From positions 135,469 to 199,468 of the IMG/VR virus record IMGVR_UViG_3300049137_000157: a DNA stretch of 64,000 nt; one strand, 5' to 3'. The notes under the pieces are model-generated. The model worked only from the letters and a program-made list of their open reading frames with translations, ran no database searches and was not told the DNA's origin. The DNA comes from a virus. Position numbers and translations under genes: made by a program. Positions 28,929 through 38,569 of this stretch are shown in pieces (the stretch's first letter is position 1; each line of letters begins with the position of its first letter).

Positions 28929-29189
28929 ATGGGCAGGAGTGGCAGGGGAATTCCGGGCACGGTCACGGTCCGTCTGGCGACGCCGGACGTGCGGGCCGTG
29001 ACGTTCTCCGATCGGGGGACCGTGTACACGGAAAACCGTGACGGGAGCGTGAACCGGGAGGCGTACGGGAACCCCGTGGACCCGGTGCACGTCGACCCGG
29101 TCCGTGCGGCGGCTCCGCTCATCCGGGAAGCAATCCGGAACGGTGTGTTCGCCGGAGTCGGTACGTGGTTCGAGAGCGGATCCCGCTAA
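28929..29189 (+). CDS. hypothetical protein
   Basis: acggaaaggag RBS. Confidence 0.65.
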   Translation: MGRSGRGIPGTVTVRLATPDVRAVTFSDRGTVYTENRDGSVNREAYGNPVDPVHVDPVRAAAPLIREAIRNGVFAGVGTWFESGSR

Positions 29190-29229
29190 CCGGGTCGCGT
29201 AGCGGCATGGGGTAAGGCACAATCAGCAA

Positions 29230-29241
29230 CGGCCTAGGCCG
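29230..29241. promoter_or_regulatory. CGGCCTAGGCCG operator candidate
   Basis: Intergenic 12-bp palindrome. Confidence 0.55.
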
Positions 29242-29261
29242 AACGGAAAGGAAAAGGGATC

Positions 29262-29510
29262 ATGGCGGTATCGCTGGCAAAGATCACGGGTGGAGACGCG
29301 GCGAAGATCATCCAGGCGGCGCGGGAAGTCGGCGCGAGTCGCGGTGAGTCGCACGGCATCCACGCCGCGACGTTCGGTGGCGTGGTGGAGCCGGACACCC
29401 CGGACATGCCCGCATCGTTCGCCACCATGGCGGGCGGGACGGACGTCCGCCGGGTGTACGGGGACGCGTACCGGGAGGCGGCCCGGAAGGCGTACCGAGC
29501 GAACTTCTGA
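29262..29510 (+). CDS. hypothetical protein
   Basis: acggaaagg RBS. Confidence 0.7.
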   Translation: MAVSLAKITGGDAAKIIQAAREVGASRGESHGIHAATFGGVVEPDTPDMPASFATMAGGTDVRRVYGDAYREAARKAYRANF

Positions 29511-29618
29511 TCACGGCGCGGCATGGGCGGGACCGGCGACCGATAACCGGGATCCGGTCCCGTCCATGCCGTTCTGTCATCAGAGAACGGGACGGCAACA
29601 CGGAGAGGAAAAGATCAC

Positions 29619-30008
29619 ATGAACAACGCTCGCATGGCTTTCGCGGGAATCCTGGCAGGGCTGGTCATCCTGTTCACGCCGACGGCGGCGGGAGCGGTCG
29701 CGCCGGTCAAGTCGGCCGGTAAGGCGGTCGCGTCCGTTTGCCTCACCGGCTCCCGCGCCGATGCGGAGTACCGCCGCAAGTGCATGCGCTACGGGACCCG
29801 CGCCGACGGGGTCCGCATGTGGTTCGACATGGGCCGACGGGAGCGCGTCACGGTGTGCGCGTCGGCGCGCCGCATGGGGCTGCGGACGGCGGTCCGGGAG
29901 TCCGTCTACGACGTCGCGTACGACACGTTCCACAACCACAACACGGTCATCGGCGGCGCGATCCTCGCGGCGCGTTTCGACTGCCGGTACATGATCCGGC
30001 GCGGCTGA
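29619..30008 (+). CDS. secreted protein
   Basis: Signal peptide ending TPTAAGA; four Cys. Confidence 0.7.
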   Translation: MNNARMAFAGILAGLVILFTPTAAGAVAPVKSAGKAVASVCLTGSRADAEYRRKCMRYGTRADGVRMWFDMGRRERVTVCASARRMGLRTAVRESVYDVAYDTFHNHNTVIGGAILAARFDCRYMIRRG

Positions 30009-30031
30009 CATTCACGGAAAGGGGATCACGG

Positions 30032-30199
30032 ATGAAGATCCGCAAGGGCTGGAAACTCATTTGGGAGAACGGCACGGAGTGGCTGGGGGACTGCCCGGTA
30101 TGGGCGGCTCAGCTCCTCCCGCCGGGCGCGCGGATCGTTCCGATTCGGCTGATGGGGCCGCGCCGGGGTCCGTGCAACTGTCCCGGCGGACACTCGTAA
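30032..30199 (+). CDS. hypothetical protein
   Basis: acggaaagggg RBS. Confidence 0.55.
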   Translation: MKIRKGWKLIWENGTEWLGDCPVWAAQLLPPGARIVPIRLMGPRRGPCNCPGGHS

Positions 30200-30301
30200 T
30201 TCCGTGATCCGGGAGCGTGGATAGGGTCGCCCGCCCATGGCGGGCGGCCCGGTCGACGCGGCGGAATTCGGGAGCGCGTCACATCGGAAAGGAAAAGAAT
30301 C

Positions 30302-30727
30302 GTGGAGCACATGGTTATCGGCAAGTTCCGGATGCCTACCGAGCGCGTGGACATTCGGGAGCTGGTGCGCGGGGACCTGATCGTCCGGGAGATCGACGGC
30401 GGACACCTGATCACCGTGGCGGAAACCTCGGCGTTCACGTACGACGGTGTCCGGCGGCTGATTCACGACAACACGGAGGCCCGTGTGTGGGCCGACGACG
30501 ACGGCATGGTGCGCGTGGCGCGCGCCCCCTTCCACACTCAGCGCGTCGGGAGGACGTCCATTCGGGGCGCGTGGCACCTGCTGGACGCCGGGAGCGATGA
30601 CGGCATGTGCCCTCCGTCGCGCGGCAAGATCACGGACCGCTGGGAGTCCGGAACGGCGGTCTCCGGGATCACGTGCCGGGGATGCGTCGCAACGTTCGGG
30701 ATCTTTTCCCGGACGCTGGTCGGCTGA
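30302..30727 (+). CDS. hypothetical protein with C-terminal H..C...CxxC
   Basis: cggaaagg RBS. Confidence 0.7.
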   Translation: MEHMVIGKFRMPTERVDIRELVRGDLIVREIDGGHLITVAETSAFTYDGVRRLIHDNTEARVWADDDGMVRVARAPFHTQRVGRTSIRGAWHLLDAGSDDGMCPPSRGKITDRWESGTAVSGITCRGCVATFGIFSRTLVG

Positions 30728-30748
30728 CGACAGGAAGGGGATAGCGGC

Positions 30749-30991
30749 ATGTGGGGAATCGAGACATCCCAGCGTTTCGGGCCGAATCGGATCGGCGAGA
30801 TCCTGGCGGCCGATCAATTGGGGGAGTTCGTCGGAATGCGCCCTCGGATCACGACGGAATTGCGTGTGACCGGCGTAACGGAGCGGGCATTCGTCGGGTG
30901 GACGATCGTCGGGACGACCGGGTGGGCGGACGTCACGGAGCATGGCACCGTGACCGGCGTCGGAGTGTGGGTGCCGATCCTGCACCCGTGA
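30749..30991 (+). CDS. hypothetical protein
   Basis: RBS, codon bias. Confidence 0.65.
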   Translation: MWGIETSQRFGPNRIGEILAADQLGEFVGMRPRITTELRVTGVTERAFVGWTIVGTTGWADVTEHGTVTGVGVWVPILHP

Positions 30992-31060
30992 CGTGACGGC
31001 ATTCCGGGAGCGTCTTTCATCCCTCCTGGCCAATAGGCGCACGGGACGAAAGGGGACGGA

Positions 31061-31192
31061 ATGGAATGCGAAGGATGCTACGGGCCGGATGGTGAAGTTG
31101 TATTCGACCCGTACGACGTCGATGTGTTGGGGATCCTCACGAAGCGCGTGCTGTGCCCGGCGTGTTCGGGAACGCGGGCGGAGGACATTTGA
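31061..31192 (+). CDS. 43-aa CxxC...CxxC peptide (not in ORF track)
   Basis: MECEGCYGPDG...VLCPACSGTRAEDI; gaaagggg RBS. Confidence 0.55.
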   Translation: MECEGCYGPDGEVVFDPYDVDVLGILTKRVLCPACSGTRAEDI

Positions 31193-31202
31193 CCGGGCGG
31201 GT

Positions 31203-31242
31203 TTCGGGAGTGCGCGGGGCGGGAGTTCCGTGCACTCCAGTG
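31203..31242 (+). ncRNA. TTC-hairpin-(A)GTG intergenic element, representative copy
   Basis: ttcgggagtgcgcgg...ccgtgcactccagtg; near-identical copy at 31834-31869. Confidence 0.55.
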
Positions 31243-31276
31243 GTCCGCATGGGTCGGACGGAATCGACGGAAGGGA

Positions 31277-31813
31277 ATGGGAGACATGGCGCTTTTCACG
31301 GAGTACCCGGGTCGGGAGCGGAATCCTCTCGGCGGCCAGGAGTCGGCGGAGTGGGACGCGTGGATCCGGGAGGCGGCGCGCATGGCGTCGGAGGCTCGGG
31401 AGGCGTTGCGGGACATGCCGTTGACGCACGACAACGGCAAGGTCAACGTCCTGCGATACATGTCCGTCAACACGGAGCGGGAACACTCCGGCGTTCTGGC
31501 GGAATGGGAGTCCGTTCAGCGTCGGGACCGGGCGGGTGACACGGGGGCGCGGGATCGGTTCGAAGTGGGCCTGATCTCCCGGGTGATGTCGGCGCACGGC
31601 GCGGCGGAGTTCGCCCGGCAGCAGGGGTACGGCCCGGACGACACGACGGCGGGCGGTCGGCCCATGGCGGACGTGTCCGGGGAGTACATGCGGGCGTGCA
31701 CGATCCTCGCCCGGTACGTGGGAGTCGACCCGATGACCGTGGTCACGTGTGACGGGGACCAGGCGAGGCTGTCGGCGCTCCGGCCGTTCGGGACGGACCG
31801 CACGGACGGCTGA
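31277..31813 (+). CDS. hypothetical protein
   Basis: acggaaggg RBS. Confidence 0.7.
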   Translation: MGDMALFTEYPGRERNPLGGQESAEWDAWIREAARMASEAREALRDMPLTHDNGKVNVLRYMSVNTEREHSGVLAEWESVQRRDRAGDTGARDRFEVGLISRVMSAHGAAEFARQQGYGPDDTTAGGRPMADVSGEYMRACTILARYVGVDPMTVVTCDGDQARLSALRPFGTDRTDG

Positions 31814-31903
31814 CATCTGCCGGAGCGTCGGGTTTCGGGAGTGCGCGGCTTTGGTCGTGCATTCCAGTGATCCGAAAGGTTCGGACGGAAAGGGGCAAGG
31901 GAA

Positions 31904-32437
31904 ATGCGGGTATTCGGGTATGAGGTGCGCACGCGTAACGTCCGGGAGTCGCGGACGGACGTGCACCGGCTGGAATTCAGCGCGCCGGACCACCAGACGG
32001 CCCAGGCGTGGCTGACCGGGTGGGCGGGAGTGACCGGCCGGGAGATCATCGACTGGGAGCTGATCGCGGACGGCTGCACCTTCCGGGAGCAAGCGGCGCG
32101 GGACCTGTCCGCCATGGCGGAGCGCATCGCGCCCGCCTACAACGCCGCCATGGTGGAGCCGGTGCACTCCGGGGAGTACATCGTCGGGAAGATGTGGCTC
32201 CCGAACGGGTGGGGCGTGTCGGTTTCCTCCAAGATCAGCGAGAACCACTGGGTGCGGTCGGAGTTCGTCACGATCCGGGAGGACCCCACGGACCGGCACG
32301 GATTCGCGATCGACTTCCCGCTTCCGGAGTTCCCGGTCGCGGGGGGTGCGGCCCCGGAGAATCCGGAGGCGGACGGGGAGATCCGGCGCGTACTGGACCT
32401 GCTGTCGAAGCTGCCCCCGGTGTTCCCGGAGGCGTGA
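31904..32437 (+). CDS. hypothetical protein
   Basis: acggaaagggg RBS. Confidence 0.7.
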   Translation: MRVFGYEVRTRNVRESRTDVHRLEFSAPDHQTAQAWLTGWAGVTGREIIDWELIADGCTFREQAARDLSAMAERIAPAYNAAMVEPVHSGEYIVGKMWLPNGWGVSVSSKISENHWVRSEFVTIREDPTDRHGFAIDFPLPEFPVAGGAAPENPEADGEIRRVLDLLSKLPPVFPEA

Positions 32438-32538
32438 CCGGCGGGCGCGGCGGGACGGGAGCGTACGGCTTGACCGGCCGTGCGCTCCAGCCTCTCCGTG
32501 ATCACGGTTGGGGACGGAATCGGAAAGGATCAAAGAAC

Positions 32539-32961
32539 ATGGGTGAGAACCTGCGCACGTACAAGCTGTCGGACAACATCTCGGTGGAGCTGCCGAGCGG
32601 GACGGAGATCGTCACCCTGGGGGCCCGGTCCGGCAGCAAGGCGGGATGGTGGCACTACGCGGACGTTCTGGCGGCCGGGAAGCCGTTCAGGACGTCCGGC
32701 TCCCTGTGCGGCGGCCCGGTCAGCTACCGACAGGACATCGGCCGACTCGACACGTCGTGGCGGGAGAGCCTGCACTCGGCGGACTACGTCGTGTGGTCCT
32801 ACTGGACGCCGATCGCGTGGCGGACGCCGGACGGGTGGGTGATCCCGGCGGCCGGGACGTTCGGGAGCGGTGTGGAGTCGTCGACGACCGTCGCGCAGAT
32901 CAACAAGATTCGGACGGCGGTCGGCAGCTTCACGGAGTACCGGGAGCGCGTGGACGGCTGA
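32539..32961 (+). CDS. conserved phage protein (YVVxSYxTPIAW motif)
   Basis: YVVWSYWTPIAWRTPDGW...STT. Confidence 0.7.
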   Translation: MGENLRTYKLSDNISVELPSGTEIVTLGARSGSKAGWWHYADVLAAGKPFRTSGSLCGGPVSYRQDIGRLDTSWRESLHSADYVVWSYWTPIAWRTPDGWVIPAAGTFGSGVESSTTVAQINKIRTAVGSFTEYRERVDG

Positions 32962-33033
32962 CCTTCGGCGCGGCGTACGGGAGCGGGCAGAATGCGGGAA
33001 TGTCTGCCCGCTCCCCCTTTCGGGGCGTACACT

Positions 33034-33043
33034 GGCCTAGGTC
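33034..33043. promoter_or_regulatory. GGCCTAGGTC operator candidate abutting TACACT -10 box
   Basis: tacact-ggcctaggtc. Confidence 0.55.
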
Positions 33044-33066
33044 AACGGACAGGAGAGGAAACGGAA

Positions 33067-33693
33067 ATGAACGACGCCGAATACATCGACCTGGAAATGA
33101 GCAAGGCGGTCCGGGAGTCGGTGGAGACCGTGAACGTCAAGGCCCGGTCGGACGCCGGGGAGTCCCGTTGGGTGGCGATTCCGGCGCGCGTGTTCAACGC
33201 CGCCGTGGAGTCGATGATGGAGGAGACGAAGATCATGGACGACGAGACGTACGTCTTCCCGCACTGCCGGGAGCGCCGGGCGGCGGGCATCGAGATCGAC
33301 CACGGCGTGGCGCGCACCATCGCTTCCTGGTACCACAACGGCGGCATCACGGCGACGATCGCCCTGTCGTCGACCGGCACCATCACGGACGACCTGACCA
33401 TGTTCATGCTCCACGAGGGCGACTACGACAGTCAGCCGGAGGACGACCGGCTCGCCCTGGACATGCTGTGGTCGTACGTCGAAGCGCGGCGGCGTGCGGG
33501 AGACACCGGCAAGGTCCCCGGATGGGACAACATGTGGGCGGACTCCCTCGGCGGGACGCCGGGAGTTCCGGCGGCGTCCGTGACGCACCACGACGGCACC
33601 CCGAACTGTGGGAGGCGGGCGAAGGTCGACCTGGCCACGAAGGTCGGCAAGCACATCACGTGCCCGTACTGCTACGACATGGTCAACGGCTGA
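33067..33693 (+). CDS. hypothetical acidic protein with C-terminal zinc ribbon
   Basis: HH..C...CPYC. Confidence 0.7.
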   Translation: MNDAEYIDLEMSKAVRESVETVNVKARSDAGESRWVAIPARVFNAAVESMMEETKIMDDETYVFPHCRERRAAGIEIDHGVARTIASWYHNGGITATIALSSTGTITDDLTMFMLHEGDYDSQPEDDRLALDMLWSYVEARRRAGDTGKVPGWDNMWADSLGGTPGVPAASVTHHDGTPNCGRRAKVDLATKVGKHITCPYCYDMVNG

Positions 33694-33710
33694 CCGGGAG
33701 GGTGGAGACA

Positions 33711-33974
33711 ATGGCAGTCGAGTACGCGGACCCGTCTTTGGTGACGGAGGTCCGGGAGACGGACGTCCCGATGTCCGGCCAGACCACGAGTGGGTACGGC
33801 GGGCAGATCCCGACTCGCCACATGATCAAGTACGCCGGGGTGTGGCGACGCGTCTACGCCATGTCCTACGGCAACGGCGGGATCGCTTACGTCAAGGTCG
33901 GGGGACGGAACGTGACTCTGGACGCGGACACGGAGCACCGGCTGACCACGGGCGAGAGGGAGAAGGAAGCATGA
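33711..33974 (+). CDS. conserved phage protein
   Basis: GYGGQIPTRHMIKYAGVWRRVYAMSYGNGG. Confidence 0.7.
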   Translation: MAVEYADPSLVTEVRETDVPMSGQTTSGYGGQIPTRHMIKYAGVWRRVYAMSYGNGGIAYVKVGGRNVTLDADTEHRLTTGEREKEA

Positions 33975-34309
33975 GCAAGATCACGGGTCGGGAGCCCAAG
34001 CACTGGCACGACGAGAACGGCAGGCACCTGATGCCGGATCCCCGGCAATTCGCGGCCCCGCAACCGGTCATTCGGGACGGGTCGCCGACCGGCGAGATGT
34101 CGGGCAACAGCAAGGGGAACATCTGCCACGGGGATCCGGACCTGGCGGCGTACTGGGATCACCTGGACGAACACGACCGAGAGGTCCCGGAGCGGCGGCC
34201 CAACGACTCTCCGAAGGTGCGCGCTCTGTTCGATCAGATCGAGAACGGGGAGCGCACCATTTCCACGGCCCGGGAGTTGATCCGGACTCTCCGGCAGGCC
34301 GGGGAGTGA
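33971..34309 (+). CDS. hypothetical protein
   Basis: ATGA overlap. Confidence 0.6.
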   Translation: MSKITGREPKHWHDENGRHLMPDPRQFAAPQPVIRDGSPTGEMSGNSKGNICHGDPDLAAYWDHLDEHDREVPERRPNDSPKVRALFDQIENGERTISTARELIRTLRQAGE

Positions 34310-34406
34310 CGGAGCGGTGATCTTCGGGGGCGTTCCGGTTCGCCGGGACGTACCTCGTGGGTTCCCGGTTCGGGAGCATGGACTGAACAGGAAAAGGGAG
34401 GGTGAC

Positions 34407-34625
34407 GTGGCTGCGGCCGACAAGATCACCATGGATGGGGAGCACGGGAAGTACGTAACCCGGGTCGGTGCATTGGATCTGATGATCCTCCGGTACCTGC
34501 CCGCGTCTCTCGAATCGCTTCGGGAGTTGATCCGGGAGCGTCAGGGGGATCCGGGATACTCCGTGGCCACGGTGACGGAGGCGCTGATGATCCTGGCCAC
34601 GCTCGACGGACACGGACTGATCTAG
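34407..34625 (+). CDS. hypothetical protein
   Basis: GGGAGG RBS. Confidence 0.55.
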   Translation: MAAADKITMDGEHGKYVTRVGALDLMILRYLPASLESLRELIRERQGDPGYSVATVTEALMILATLDGHGLI

Positions 34626-34647
34626 TCGACGGAACAGGAGAGGGAGC

Positions 34648-34986
34648 ATGGCGAAGAGTTCGATCATGTTCGCTTGTCGGACGGACGACGAGGCGTTCTA
34701 CCTGCTGCGGGCGGTCCGGGAGTACGGAAAGAACCTGGACGATCCCGCCGGGTACGCGCCCGCCAGCGAAGAGGGTGCGGGCTTCGGCTGGGATGCCGTT
34801 GTGCGGGCGGCCCTGGACATGGGACGAGGATCCGTCACGCACATGTCACTGCGCATGGCGAAGGCGTTCCTGGACGCCATCACGGCGTACCGGGACTGCA
34901 CGGTGAACCGGGACGACAACGTGCACTACGTGGAGACGTTCCACACGTTCTCCACCCTGATCGAAGAGGCGGAGGGTGCCAAGTGA
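34648..34986 (+). CDS. hypothetical protein
   Basis: RBS, codon bias. Confidence 0.7.
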   Translation: MAKSSIMFACRTDDEAFYLLRAVREYGKNLDDPAGYAPASEEGAGFGWDAVVRAALDMGRGSVTHMSLRMAKAFLDAITAYRDCTVNRDDNVHYVETFHTFSTLIEEAEGAK

Positions 34987-35447
34987 TCTACGTGCTGATC
35001 ATGGAACCGTGCTGTGAGAAGTCGGCCCCGTGGTACGTCCCGCAGCCGCAGCCGTACTACGTGCGGACGCCGGGGTGGTCGGACTCGTGCGACCACACGG
35101 ACAAGCGGGTGCCGGTTCTCACGGAGCACGCGGACGCCGAGGGCGCACGAGAGCGTCACTCCCTGACGCTGGGGTCCCGCTGCCTGGAAGGCTGGATGTG
35201 GGAGGGTGACCTGCCTCCGGAGGGGGAGCGCTTCCGGATCACGTCCGTCGGCGGGTCCCACCTCACCGGTCTCCTGCACGGCAAGCCGAGCGACATGTGG
35301 TTCCCGACCGCCGATCTGGCACGGGAGCACGTGAACCGGCAGCGGGAGTCCCTGTACAACATCGTCGGGGACCGGGACATGGTCGTCCGCTGGTCGTCGT
35401 ACAACCTGCCGGTCGGGACGGCTCTGGAAGTGGGGCAACCGGCGTGA
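34983..35447 (+). CDS. hypothetical protein
   Basis: GTGA overlap. Confidence 0.65.
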   Translation: MIYVLIMEPCCEKSAPWYVPQPQPYYVRTPGWSDSCDHTDKRVPVLTEHADAEGARERHSLTLGSRCLEGWMWEGDLPPEGERFRITSVGGSHLTGLLHGKPSDMWFPTADLAREHVNRQRESLYNIVGDRDMVVRWSSYNLPVGTALEVGQPA

Positions 35448-35599
35448 CGCGGCGCAGCAACGTGATCAATCCGGGCGGCAAGGGGCCGCGCGTGTGGTGC
35501 GGTCGCTGCAAGGGCTGGGTGTGGACGCAACAGAGGCCGTGGCCGAAGGCCGGTTACGTGGCCAAGCCGCATCAGCACGACGCCGGAAAGATGGGTTAG
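35444..35599 (+). CDS. small CxxC..H protein
   Basis: GTGA overlap; WCGRC...KPHQH. Confidence 0.5.
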   Translation: MTRRSNVINPGGKGPRVWCGRCKGWVWTQQRPWPKAGYVAKPHQHDAGKMG

Positions 35600-35601
35600 C
35601 A

Positions 35602-35793
35602 GTGGCTTTCGTGATCGCGCGAAAAGACGGGGTCACCTATTCCTCCGAGACGGCGGCATGCCTGACGGTGGCCAGTAGCTACCAAACCCCGGTGAGGTGG
35701 GTTCGGGAGGACCCGTTCATCGTCATTGAGTACGACGGAGGGGCGAAGGTGACGTTCCCGATGGCGGACTTGATCGAGATCGTCGAAGGCTGA
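35602..35793 (+). CDS. hypothetical protein
   Basis: Fills gap; start uncertain. Confidence 0.5.
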   Translation: MAFVIARKDGVTYSSETAACLTVASSYQTPVRWVREDPFIVIEYDGGAKVTFPMADLIEIVEG

Positions 35794-35879
35794 CGGAGCG
35801 TCGGCTTTCCGGCGGGCACGGGAGCGATTCCGTGCACGTCGGTGATCCGGAAGGTCCGGAACGGAAATGGAGAAGAGAC

Positions 35880-36599
35880 ATGACGCGTATCGAGCGATCG
35901 ATCGTCACGGACATGGACGTGATCACGGAGAGTGACTTCGAGTCCGTCAACTGGGGCGACGCCATCACCAGCGCGATCCCCGAGGGGCGCACCCGGGAGG
36001 ACATGATCGAGTCGCACGACTGGGTGGAGGGGGAATATCTCCGGCCCAAGTTCGACTCTGTCGCTGCGTTCAAGCTGCACCGGTCGACGCTGGACAGCGG
36101 GCAGGACGACGACCACGGGAACGTGATCGACTGGCACCGCTGGTCGGCCCTGTTCCGTGACGTCACGGGAGTGGACGGCGGCCCGTGCGCCATCCTGCAC
36201 GCCGATCCGCAAGGGTTCGTGTCGGCGGAGTGGTACGAAGACCCGGCGGAGGCGGAGAAGGCGTGGGCGGAGCTGGAGGAGGAGTGGGACGCCTACGAGA
36301 CGTCGTGGGAGCACGAGGGTTCCATCCTTTCGGGGACGACGCGAGAGCGGGATCGGATTCCTGCGTTCTTCGCAGCCCTGCTGCGGGTCGACGGACATCG
36401 GGCGGCAACGTTGGCTCGGAAGTACGGATACAACCCCGAGCTGTCCGACTCATGGATGGACTCCACGGGGCCGGATGCCCGGGAGGAGTTCCTGAACGAT
36501 CTCGACACGGCCCTCAACAACGCCGCGCCGGAGACGCACTACTTCGGAACGGCCGAGGGGAACGATTCCGACTTCGGCTTCTGGCGGATCGACGACTGA
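35880..36599 (+). CDS. acidic two-domain phage protein with YFGxxxGxxSDFGFW motif
   Basis: GSILSGTTR..IPAF...APETHYFGTAEGNDSDFGFW. Confidence 0.75.
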   Translation: MTRIERSIVTDMDVITESDFESVNWGDAITSAIPEGRTREDMIESHDWVEGEYLRPKFDSVAAFKLHRSTLDSGQDDDHGNVIDWHRWSALFRDVTGVDGGPCAILHADPQGFVSAEWYEDPAEAEKAWAELEEEWDAYETSWEHEGSILSGTTRERDRIPAFFAALLRVDGHRAATLARKYGYNPELSDSWMDSTGPDAREEFLNDLDTALNNAAPETHYFGTAEGNDSDFGFWRIDD

Positions 36600-36685
36600 C
36601 GGAGCGCCGCTGTTCCGGGGAGCACGGAAGCAATTCCGTGCCCCTCGGTATGCCGGAAGGTCCGGATAGGAAAGGAAGTGTGCGC

Positions 36686-36865
36686 GTGGCTTTCACCGTG
36701 ACTCACGACGAGGATTCGGTCCAGCTCATGGACGACGGGGATGAGATCGTGTCCTGGACGATGGCGGAGTGGGAGGACGACCCGGCCCTCCCGCTGGCCA
36801 TCACCAACGCCATCAAGATCGGATACGAACAGGGTCCGGATGCTGTCCGTGCCCTGATCGACTGA
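36686..36865 (+). CDS. small acidic protein
   Basis: ggaaagg RBS. Confidence 0.6.
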   Translation: MAFTVTHDEDSVQLMDDGDEIVSWTMAEWEDDPALPLAITNAIKIGYEQGPDAVRALID

Positions 36866-36884
36866 CGGAAAGGGAGAAGAGGGC

Positions 36885-37316
36885 ATGACGCTGGACGCCT
36901 GGACGATCACCGACGTGGACGGCAAGTGGGACTTTCGTGTCGTCGTGGAGCCGGACAACAACACGGAGCACCCGAGGGACCACGCCGACGTCTACGACCC
37001 GGACTTCATGGAGCGGGAGAACGGCCCGGAGTCGGCGCAGTGGGCGCGGGACGCCCTTGCCGCCTACGACCGGGGCGAGTGGCAGTGGGTGACGCTCGCC
37101 GTGACGCCGGAGCTGAAGAGCAGCGGCGTCACGTTCGATGGGGCCACGGCATCCGTCGGAGCCTGCGACTGGGGGTGGCTTCCCGGCGGCCCCGACGACA
37201 AGGGAGTCTGGACCAGCAACCGGGACTACGCCCGGGAGGCGTGGCTCAACGACCTGATCGACGAGTCTCGGGGGATCCTGGAGGACAAGCTCCCCAAGGT
37301 CCGGGACGCTCTCTAG
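36885..37316 (+). CDS. acidic phage protein
   Basis: acggaaagggagaaga RBS; YDRGEWQWV..ASVG. Confidence 0.75.
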   Translation: MTLDAWTITDVDGKWDFRVVVEPDNNTEHPRDHADVYDPDFMERENGPESAQWARDALAAYDRGEWQWVTLAVTPELKSSGVTFDGATASVGACDWGWLPGGPDDKGVWTSNRDYAREAWLNDLIDESRGILEDKLPKVRDAL

Positions 37317-37368
37317 AGGATCCACCTGCACGAACCTGAACACCCGACACGGAATGGGAGAAGAGAAC

Positions 37369-37584
37369 ATGCCGAAGTACGACCGCGACAAGGCCCGACT
37401 GGTGCACGAGGAGACGGGTGAGGAGATCATGCCGGGGAGCGTGGTGCCGGACTTCCGGGGCAACGACACTCGGTTCGACTTCATCTCGATCCTGCCGTCG
37501 CCCGGCAAGAGCGGCAAGATCATCTGCGGTGACCGGGAGTACTACCCCGGCGTCCTGAACGCCCGCATCGAGATCATGAACTAG
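37369..37584 (+). CDS. hypothetical protein
   Basis: RBS; REYYPGVLNARI. Confidence 0.7.
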   Translation: MPKYDRDKARLVHEETGEEIMPGSVVPDFRGNDTRFDFISILPSPGKSGKIICGDREYYPGVLNARIEIMN

Positions 37585-37624
37585 TAGCACTTCGCCCGTC
37601 AGCAGCAGACCGAGGGAGAAAATC

Positions 37625-37801
37625 ATGATGGACGCTGTCGACCAGAAGGTGCAGGTCATCCGGGACGGACAGGGGTGGTCGGACGAAACACTCGGAGCCC
37701 TGGCGATGAACTTCATCAGCGCCGACCCGGATCTGACCGAGCGGTTCATCGCGCGCCTGCGAGAGATCGCCGCCGAAGAGAACGAGTCCGCCGAGGGCTG
37801 A
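37625..37801 (+). CDS. hypothetical protein (not in ORF track)
   Basis: gagggag RBS, high GC3. Confidence 0.6.
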   Translation: MMDAVDQKVQVIRDGQGWSDETLGALAMNFISADPDLTERFIARLREIAAEENESAEG

Positions 37802-37825
37802 CGCATCCCGCACGGTGATCGAACG

Positions 37826-37860
37826 GGGCGGCCGGGAGCGAGGAGCCCGGCCGCCCTTTT
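37826..37860 (+). terminator. intrinsic terminator
   Basis: gggcggccggg...cccggccgccc-tttt. Confidence 0.7.
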
Positions 37861-37957
37861 GGATCCCTGATTCGGGAATTCCATCGCAGGTTTCTGCAAA
37901 GAGATCGCACCTGTCGGTTGTGAATGGCACAATGAGGGCTCGGAAAGGGAGAGGGAT

Positions 37958-38551
37958 ATGTGGATCAAGGACTTGCGGCCGATGTTCGGTCCGAGGGTGA
38001 CGGTGCAGACGGAGAACGGTGTCCGGTACGGCCTCGTGCGCGTCCGGTACGAGAACGGACACGTGAACGCCGGTCACTGTGAAGTCGAGTTCACGGACGG
38101 CGACCCGGCATTGATCCCCTTCGAGGCCATCACGCCGGGACCGAACGCCATCGACACCCCGACGGGAGTGACCTTCCCGGACATCCGGAAGGCGTACCGA
38201 CCCCTGTTCCTTGGGGACACTCGGCTGCGCCACGTGTCGGGGGTGAACCTCACCATCCCCGGCGACATGGAGGCGCTGCGGGAGCTGCGGGAGAAGCTGC
38301 GGGACGGCATACACCTGCACGTGACGGACCACGACTACGGGAACCGGAGCGGGGAGCGGGTGATCACGGGGATCAACGACGCCGGGATGTGGTCCACCCT
38401 GACTCCGCGCCGCAAGACGGCGGTGGAGAGCCATCTCATGTGGCCGGAGAACGACTTCATCGTGGACGGCAACACGCTCCACATCGAGAAGCCGTACCAC
38501 GCCTACACGGGCGGCCGGGCGAAGATCCTGACGCTCATGTTCCACGTCTGA
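37958..38551 (+). CDS. hypothetical protein
   Basis: cggaaagggagagg RBS. Confidence 0.75.
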   Translation: MWIKDLRPMFGPRVTVQTENGVRYGLVRVRYENGHVNAGHCEVEFTDGDPALIPFEAITPGPNAIDTPTGVTFPDIRKAYRPLFLGDTRLRHVSGVNLTIPGDMEALRELREKLRDGIHLHVTDHDYGNRSGERVITGINDAGMWSTLTPRRKTAVESHLMWPENDFIVDGNTLHIEKPYHAYTGGRAKILTLMFHV

Positions 38552-38569
38552 TCGGGAGGGAGAAGCAAC

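Noticed and set aside
29572-29590. CUGAUGA on the minus strand
   Set aside because: No GAAA or three-way junction; it sits in the loop of a simple hairpin
30026-32533. 835-aa minus-strand ORF across several genes
   Set aside because: Stop-poor antisense frame in high-GC DNA; the plus-strand genes have RBS and GC3 bias
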